DNA from: a virus
Length of the DNA stretch: 64,000 bases
IMG/VR virus record: IMGVR_UViG_3300030117_006141
Location: 15,616-79,615 of that record
Direction: 5' to 3' (one strand)
Under the pieces are notes generated by a model. The model was not told where the DNA came from and did not search any database. It saw only the letters and a list, made by a program, of their open reading frames with translations. Made by a program: the position numbers and the translations under genes. Position 1 is the first letter of the stretch; every line of letters begins with the position of its first letter. Below are positions 57,947-64,000 of the stretch, one piece after another.

Positions 57947-58593
57947 CTGTTACCTGCCCTAAGACCGCTCATTAAAGCATCATCTAATTTTAATTCCTTT
58001 CTTTTGAGTTGCTCGTATTCTAATTTAGCGTCTTTAACAGTCCTTTCCATAGAGTCCCATCTTGCTTCTAATTTTCTTTGTTGATTTTCTACCTTATGTA
58101 ATTGTTTAGCATATTCTGCTACAGGACCTTTATTACCTATGCTCGGTTCTTTAATAACGTCTGGATCATTTTCCATATCATTCATTATTCGATCTCGCTG
58201 TGCAGATAGGTCTTCTAGTTTCTTTTTTATGGTTACTTTTGAATTATCCCATTTTTGATCTATTCCAACCCACCTATGGAAAGCTGCTTGTCTTTCTTTA
58301 CGAGCTTTACCAACCATTTTAACTAATCCATTAATCGATACCCTTTCATTAAGAATACCTTCGTGCATACCTTTCATTTCATAATTACTTAAATAGTCTT
58401 TAACTTTATTCATGTAGTCAGATGCTAATGTTATTTTAGCTTCTAACCATTCTGGTAGATTATCACCATCACCAATCATACGACATACATCTTCAGCATC
58501 TTTCATAAGCTCATATGCTTGAGCTTTAGCCATTTTGCCTTCTTCATGTCCCGGCTCGTGTAATTCTGATAATATGTTTTTAAGTTTAATCAT
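57943..58593 (-). CDS. Putative internal head protein
   Basis: MIKLKNILSE. EGKMAK...DNLPEWLEAKITLASDY module recalled from T4-like phage proteins. C-terminal coiled coil. Confidence 0.5.
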   Translation of the reverse strand: MIKLKNILSELHEPGHEEGKMAKAQAYELMKDAEDVCRMIGDGDNLPEWLEAKITLASDYMNKVKDYLSNYEMKGMHEGILNERVSINGLVKMVGKARKERQAAFHRWVGIDQKWDNSKVTIKKKLEDLSAQRDRIMNDMENDPDVIKEPSIGNKGPVAEYAKQLHKVENQQRKLEARWDSMERTVKDAKLEYEQLKRKELKLDDALMSGLRAGNR

Positions 58594-58856
58594 TATCTAA
58601 CTGCTTTCTTATATAGCATTTTGACTTCACCTCTTACTATAAGACCTAAAAAGTCCTGAATATCGCCTTCATCATATCCATCATCTGCTAATTCAAATAC
58701 AACTGAACGAATAATATTTTTCAAATCAGATTTGTCTTTATTTTTTATTAACCCTAAAGCTCTTCTGTCTAATCCACTTGCTTGGAATTGTTCGTTAATG
58801 TTATTTTTAGATGTATTGTCTAATAAATATCTTGATAATAGTTCTTTTTTATTCAT
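58593..58856 (-). CDS. Hypothetical protein
   Basis: 87 aa, NINEQ motif. Confidence 0.45.
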   Translation of the reverse strand: MNKKELLSRYLLDNTSKNNINEQFQASGLDRRALGLIKNKDKSDLKNIIRSVVFELADDGYDEGDIQDFLGLIVRGEVKMLYKKAVR

Positions 58857-58858
58857 AA

Positions 58859-59224
58859 TTAGTTCCCCGGTATTCCTGTAATATCTTTTCTAGGCTTAGT
58901 TCTTAAAATAGCTTTTACCTTTCCTGGTATTGAGCCCTTTTTTAGATTTTTAGGATATAATTTTTTGAATTGAGCTGGTGCGTATTTTTCCCATATCTTT
59001 TTGAAGTCATTTCGATCATCAGAATCACCATTATTATTTATCCAAGCTATATATCCCCTAATTTCATCCATATGCGCTCTGCCCTTTATCATCTTTGGCT
59101 CGTCAGCAAATGCGTGAAACCAATCATGAGATTTTATTTCTTTCACATATTCAGTATGTATATCTACTATATGCGATGGTGCTTGTTTTGCTTCCGACAA
59201 TAAATTTTTTAACCATATTTTCAT
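58859..59224 (-). CDS. Putative internal head protein
   Basis: MKIWLKNLLSEA. Confidence 0.45.
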   Translation of the reverse strand: MKIWLKNLLSEAKQAPSHIVDIHTEYVKEIKSHDWFHAFADEPKMIKGRAHMDEIRGYIAWINNNGDSDDRNDFKKIWEKYAPAQFKKLYPKNLKKGSIPGKVKAILRTKPRKDITGIPGN

Positions 59225-59234
59225 AATTTCTCTC

Positions 59235-60938
59235 CTAGATTTTTGGTCCCATTGGCCATGGATTTACGCTTGGATCTTGTTGTGGGAACTGCACGTTTGA
59301 TAGAGCATCCCAAATTCCAGATGCTGCATTTACACCTTTTTTAGCTAAGCCTTTGGCTGGTGATAATAAATTTACGCCACCGACTTCTGGTTTATAATCT
59401 TGAAGCCCTGCCAAGTCCATAACTCGATCTCCTTTAGTCCATATTTTTTTAGATAATTTAGTTCTAATATTTTTACCAAGCTGATCCGTTACAGCTTTTT
59501 GAGATAAGTCCTGACCGACTTTCGGGAAAAGTGTTGTCATACTTGCCCTACTAGGGAAAACGTGACCACTTGTTCCTAATCTGGAAGTATATTGACTAAC
59601 TGATTTAGGTCCAGTCATCGCTTTAGTTACAACATTACCTAGTGGAGTTTTCATTATTCCCTGTGCCGCCAAATCTGTTCCTTTATCAATAGCACCTTTA
59701 ATTCCTTTTGCGCCTGCTTGTACAGTTTTTCCTAATCCTGTTTGTGCTAATTTTGCTCCACCTTTTGAAAATCCTTTTGCAATACTAGGTGCTACATTCT
59801 TAATTATTCTTGATCCTAATTTTGCACCACCAACTGCTAAACCTGCTCCGGGTATCATTGCAGCTGCATTTACTGCCATATTAGCTAAATGCTTTTTTCT
59901 TGCTTCGGGTGAGCTAGCCATTGCTGCCCTTCCTGCTGACCAAGCTGTATTTGCGGCATCGAATACATTACCTACAATTGGTATCATACCACCAACCATA
60001 AGAGCATCTTGACCAAAATCCGCAAGCTTGCTAGCATTTTTACTTGCCCAATCACCGGCCTTTTTAAGCCCCTTCTTTGCTGGATCAACTATATTCGATT
60101 TTGCCCAATCACCGGCTTGTTTTAACTTTTCCTTTCCTGGATCAATTATATTCTTTTTTGTCCAATCTTTAGCTTGTCCGACTTTTTTCTTTCCGTAATC
60201 TACTGCTTGTTTTGCTTTTTTTCCTACATAATTAGCGGCTTTCTTAACATGTTTGTCAAGTCTCCACCACTGTTCCATGAACGGTTGTAACTCGCCACCC
60301 TCCATTAGAATATTACATCTGTTATTTATATATGCTTCTAACATTTTTCTTTTAGGTAATTTATCTACATCATATCTTTTACCTTCATATAATATAGATA
60401 CTTTATTACCAACATGTTGGTTACTTTCATTAAGAACTTTAGAAACACCGAATTTTAATTCTGAATAACTACTTTCCTGTAATTTTAATTTATTACTAGG
60501 GGTATTCATTATACTTTCTTCTAATAAAGCTGCTTTATGTTTAACATATTCATCTACACGAGCTTTGATTGCGGCTTTTCTTCTGATTTCCTTTAATTCC
60601 TTTTTTGTAAATTTAGGAAATGAATTTTTTTGTTTAACATTTTCAGTTAATAAAGATTTGCCCGACAATACGGCCTCATTTAATTTTTTCTTATATATAG
60701 CTTCAGTAGGAGCTGGATATTGTTTCTGTAATCCTTCTACTACCTTTTTCCAATTCTTTTTATAGTCTGCTTTATTATGTGGAGGAATTTGACCCTTCAT
60801 ATAATATACAAAAGACATAAGTTTTTCTTTTGGTTCCATCCACCATTTAGACATATTTGGAAATGGGTTAGGATCGCTGACTCTTATATCTCTTGCAGCT
60901 TTTTTACTTTCTGCTGATTGTTCTCTTAGTTTTTTCAT
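59235..60938 (-). CDS. Putative ejected/internal protein with pre-toxin TG-like domain
   Basis: DALMVGGMIPIVGNVFDAAN...AAAMIPGAG. AGDWAK amphipathic repeats. Multiple LxE motifs. Confidence 0.55.
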   Translation of the reverse strand: MKKLREQSAESKKAARDIRVSDPNPFPNMSKWWMEPKEKLMSFVYYMKGQIPPHNKADYKKNWKKVVEGLQKQYPAPTEAIYKKKLNEAVLSGKSLLTENVKQKNSFPKFTKKELKEIRRKAAIKARVDEYVKHKAALLEESIMNTPSNKLKLQESSYSELKFGVSKVLNESNQHVGNKVSILYEGKRYDVDKLPKRKMLEAYINNRCNILMEGGELQPFMEQWWRLDKHVKKAANYVGKKAKQAVDYGKKKVGQAKDWTKKNIIDPGKEKLKQAGDWAKSNIVDPAKKGLKKAGDWASKNASKLADFGQDALMVGGMIPIVGNVFDAANTAWSAGRAAMASSPEARKKHLANMAVNAAAMIPGAGLAVGGAKLGSRIIKNVAPSIAKGFSKGGAKLAQTGLGKTVQAGAKGIKGAIDKGTDLAAQGIMKTPLGNVVTKAMTGPKSVSQYTSRLGTSGHVFPSRASMTTLFPKVGQDLSQKAVTDQLGKNIRTKLSKKIWTKGDRVMDLAGLQDYKPEVGGVNLLSPAKGLAKKGVNAASGIWDALSNVQFPQQDPSVNPWPMGPKI

Positions 60939-60939
60939 A

Positions 60940-61962
60940 TTAATACCTCGACTCTATTTTTTTCCACATCTTTTTATCTTTTGCTTGAGTTTTTAATTGC
61001 TTCCAAGTTTTCTTAAAGTTTTTATATTCTTGATGCATGGATCTAGCTGCAGCATCTTTAGAATCCTTATAATAAGAATCTGGATATTTTTTGTCGTGTT
61101 CAACTTGTTCCATAAATTCTTTTAAGTAACGGAACATATCATCGAATGCCCTAGAAGCCGCTGATAAATTAGTAGTCCAACCAGGATTAACGAATCCATC
61201 TTTAAGCTTACTTGTTGCTTCTACTATAGCTTCCTGATATAGTTTAGAAACTTCTTCAAACATTTTTTTAAGAGGTTCTACACCCTTAGCACCAGCTGCT
61301 TTTTTCATTATATCTTTATATCTTCTTTTGTTGTCAGCTGAAACTTCACCTGCAGATTTAAGTGCTAATGCACCAGCTCTTGCTTCTTCTCTGGATGCTC
61401 TAAGTTCTCCTGCATCTCCTCCTGCTTTATAATCTATATGAAGAACTATTGGTTTTATATCACCCAATTTCATTAATTGGTCTAATTTATTATGACCTCT
61501 AACATCTAAACCAAAGTTACCTTGTCTTGAACCTTGACCAGTTCTAGCTGTTTTATTATAATATCCGCCTCCCATCCATACTCTCTTGCCGTTCATAGAT
61601 ACACCTAACATTTGACCTTTCTGAAAGAATCCTGAACTTCTCCAACCACTTGTAGGAGAAACCGATCCATCTTTTTGTGCAACAATTATTTCGAGACCTT
61701 TTCCTGTTAATTTATTGCTCTTTTTGATGTCTTTATCTGTAATTTTATCCCACATAATATCATATGCCTTAGATAAAGCCTTAAATGCAGCTTTATTATT
61801 ATGCTTATTATCTAGCCACTGTCGCCCTTCTGCGCCTTTCCTTCTTTCCTGTGTGGCTGTATGAAGTTTTGATAGTATCTGACTACCAAATCTTTCGGTA
61901 ATTAGAGCTTTTATTATTTCTTCCCTAATAACCTTCCTTAATTTTTTTTCAATCGGTCTCAT
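60940..61962 (-). CDS. Putative internal head protein
   Basis: KLRKVIREEI...LITE N-terminus. Confidence 0.45.
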   Translation of the reverse strand: MRPIEKKLRKVIREEIIKALITERFGSQILSKLHTATQERRKGAEGRQWLDNKHNNKAAFKALSKAYDIMWDKITDKDIKKSNKLTGKGLEIIVAQKDGSVSPTSGWRSSGFFQKGQMLGVSMNGKRVWMGGGYYNKTARTGQGSRQGNFGLDVRGHNKLDQLMKLGDIKPIVLHIDYKAGGDAGELRASREEARAGALALKSAGEVSADNKRRYKDIMKKAAGAKGVEPLKKMFEEVSKLYQEAIVEATSKLKDGFVNPGWTTNLSAASRAFDDMFRYLKEFMEQVEHDKKYPDSYYKDSKDAAARSMHQEYKNFKKTWKQLKTQAKDKKMWKKIESRY

Positions 61963-61981
61963 AATTGTTCTTCCTATAATT

Positions 61982-62293
61982 TTACATTCCCTGTGTATAT
62001 TTTAACATTAATTGTGCTGTGTCGGCATAATACGGGTGTTCTTTATCAGGCCACGATTCTAGCATTGCTCCCATATCAGCTAATAAAGCTTCCATTGGAT
62101 CTGCTGGTGCAGCCATTTCAGGTGCAGCTGCAGGTGCCTCTTGCTCTCTTAATGTTTTACCCGTAACAGGATTCCATTTCATTTTCATAAGTTTAGAAGA
62201 AGGTAATTGACCTAATCCTAATACGTGATTTTCTAATAATTTTGCCCTTCTGTTTACAGCAGATTCAATGAGCCTTCTTTTTTTTGCTTTCAT
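61982..62293 (-). CDS. Hypothetical protein
   Basis: 103 aa with LIE, LLE, LRE motifs and an Ala/Pro linker. Confidence 0.45.
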   Translation of the reverse strand: MKAKKRRLIESAVNRRAKLLENHVLGLGQLPSSKLMKMKWNPVTGKTLREQEAPAAAPEMAAPADPMEALLADMGAMLESWPDKEHPYYADTAQLMLKYTQGM

Positions 62294-62295
62294 AA

Positions 62296-62685
62296 TTATC
62301 CCACAAATACTTTTTTAGTTCCACCCTCATATGCATAAGCATGGCCCTCTTTAATTAATGTTTCATTTACGTTATATTGTTTACCTTCCTTATCTAATAT
62401 AAATATCTCCCCGAGCACTCTTCCATATTTTCCTACGCCATAAGATTTTAACCTAAAGTATCCAGATTTACCTGAAATTTCTTCTAGTAATTCTCTATTT
62501 CTTTCTTTAGCCGCTAATCCTTTCTTTTTCTCTTCAAGATCTCTAGTTCTAGATTCCCAAGTATCAATTCCTTTATATCGGATTCTTTTCTTAAACCAAA
62601 TATCGAATCCAACATCAATAAGAGCATCAATGGTATCACCATCAACTATCTTAACTAACTTTGCTCTGTATATATACTTTTCCAT
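62296..62685 (-). CDS. Thermonuclease (staphylococcal nuclease family)
   Basis: KIVDGDTID...RIRYKGIDTWE...GKYGRVLG...VNETLIKEGHA. Likely start MEKYIY at 62685. Confidence 0.88.
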   Translation of the reverse strand: MEKYIYRAKLVKIVDGDTIDALIDVGFDIWFKKRIRYKGIDTWESRTRDLEEKKKGLAAKERNRELLEEISGKSGYFRLKSYGVGKYGRVLGEIFILDKEGKQYNVNETLIKEGHAYAYEGGTKKVFVG

Positions 62686-62686
62686 A

Positions 62687-64000
62687 CTATCTTCCGTATA
62701 AATTAGCCGGTAATACATTGCCTTGCGAATCTACATAAGCATTAGTATTTTTTATCGGTTTATTTAATAAATCAGTCATCTGAATATTACCTGCATCATT
62801 ATTCTTATTCTTATTCTTATTCTGGTTCTTATAGTCCTTTTTAAGATTCATTTTGTTAACAGCTTTTTTATCTGTTTTATATAAATTCTTTTGATGTTTT
62901 TTATGAACCTTAGCTGTTTGCTTATTGAATTTCTTCATAGCTTTATCATACTGTTTAGTTCCTGGTTTTAGGTTAGGAAAATTATCCTTTAAATAAGCTT
63001 CACCCTCAGTAGTATAGGTTGACCAACCTGTTTTCTTCTGACCTACAGTATTGCCGTCGTCATCTTTAATATCTGTAGTAGAATGTTTCATATTGAAAGC
63101 TCTTTTATCAGGATTAAGTTCAATAGCACCCTCAGTATCTGGATCTACAGGTTGATAGTATACAGGATCGACCCAGATGTCTGTTTGTCTATATCCTCTA
63201 TTGTCTTTATTTGGATTATATTCTTTAGGGGCAGGTGGTTCATAAGGCCCATCATCATCTTTATTGTCTTGATTCTTATTCTTATTGAATATATTTATTT
63301 TTTTCTTTTTATTTTGATTATTAGAACCACTACCATCACTAGCATCAGAACCACTATCATCACTAACAGTACCATCAGTAGGAGTGTCTACAACAAACGG
63401 AGTTGAGTCAACATATGATGCATAGTTATCTATATTAGTATTATGCGTATTTACAGCGTCTATCTCCGATTGATTATTAGTAAAAGCATTATTAACGAAG
63501 CTCATATTTGGACCGGTTGTGTTTTGAATATTAGATTGGGTATTTTCAATATTTTCCGGGTTTGTAAGGAAGTCTATTGCTGCATCTGAATATGCAGTAG
63601 ATGTACCTTCTTCTCCAAGACCATCGTCCATTTTACCCCCACCAGATTTATCTACTGTTTTAAGATGATCATTAACCTTTGTTAATAATTCTTCATTCCC
63701 TGACATATGAAGCCATTTTCTTACCGCGCCTGGATTGGTTTTCAAAAGTGTATTTAGATCTTTACTCATATCCCCAGTTGCATCTTCAATATCTAAGGTT
63801 GTTTTTAATTCAGGAACATCCTGCTTTTCAGCATTTGGATCAAAGTTTGGATCCGCATTATAAAAATTTTGCATATTATCTAATGAAGTGATCATAGCTG
63901 AAGTGTCTTGATCATTATTTTCTGCATTTATTACCATATCCAAATATGCATCATCTACATTAGGATATGTTGTTTTTAATTCAGCTTTTCTTTCCACCGC
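62687..64000 (-). CDS. Large Asn/Asp/Lys-rich hypothetical protein, 5' end outside window
   Basis: Open frame to the window edge. Low-complexity NK and SD tracts. Confidence 0.55.
   Translation of the reverse strand, partial: AVERKAELKTTYPNVDDAYLDMVINAENNDQDTSAMITSLDNMQNFYNADPNFDPNAEKQDVPELKTTLDIEDATGDMSKDLNTLLKTNPGAVRKWLHMSGNEELLTKVNDHLKTVDKSGGGKMDDGLGEEGTSTAYSDAAIDFLTNPENIENTQSNIQNTTGPNMSFVNNAFTNNQSEIDAVNTHNTNIDNYASYVDSTPFVVDTPTDGTVSDDSGSDASDGSGSNNQNKKKKINIFNKNKNQDNKDDDGPYEPPAPKEYNPNKDNRGYRQTDIWVDPVYYQPVDPDTEGAIELNPDKRAFNMKHSTTDIKDDDGNTVGQKKTGWSTYTTEGEAYLKDNFPNLKPGTKQYDKAMKKFNKQTAKVHKKHQKNLYKTDKKAVNKMNLKKDYKNQNKNKNKNNDAGNIQMTDLLNKPIKNTNAYVDSQGNVLPANLYGR

Noticed and set aside
66-63891. Numerous plus-strand ORFs in the ORF track
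   Set aside because: They overlap convincing minus-strand genes or RNAs, read as antisense shadows (F/L/S/I-rich) and lack plus-strand promoters.
1-64000. Alternative genetic code (stop-codon reassignment)
   Set aside because: Genes are full-length and tightly packed in the standard code. TAG and TGA terminate conserved proteins at sensible ends.

Overview
The window is a 64-kb segment of a large, AT-rich, T4-like (contractile-tailed) dsDNA phage. Essentially all real genes lie on the minus strand. The host is most likely Bacteroidota (Flavobacteriia-like). This rests on 15 promoters matching the Bacteroidota -33/-7 architecture with an invariant 20-nt spacer, a GE...AA tmRNA tag, a DUF5522-like ORF and a GCTxxxAxNY motif. 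Layout: 1-30.3 kb tail-fibre/baseplate genes, interrupted by a fused Mre11-Rad50, primase and resolvase block. 30.2-36.4 kb gp55-like sigma factor, HD hydrolase, transglycosylase. 36.4-54.6 kb accessory/early region with Hsp20, a circularly permuted tmRNA, an outer-membrane beta-barrel, vWA plus MoxR AAA+, CysK, tRNA-Ala, ligase and HNH. 54.6-64 kb probable internal-head proteins with shared (L/I)xE motifs, plus a thermonuclease. The most notable observations are RNA-level. (i) A compact two-piece tmRNA. (ii) Single genes (hsp20, omp, 49370-49696, moxR) are each bracketed by 5'UTR/3'UTR complementary arms, including G-U pairs that only work on the mRNA strand. (iii) Two unannotated structured RNAs at 46.3 kb and 49.8 kb. 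(iv) A DnaA-box-like operator is tied to one promoter class. All functional calls come from motifs read by eye; no database searches were run.
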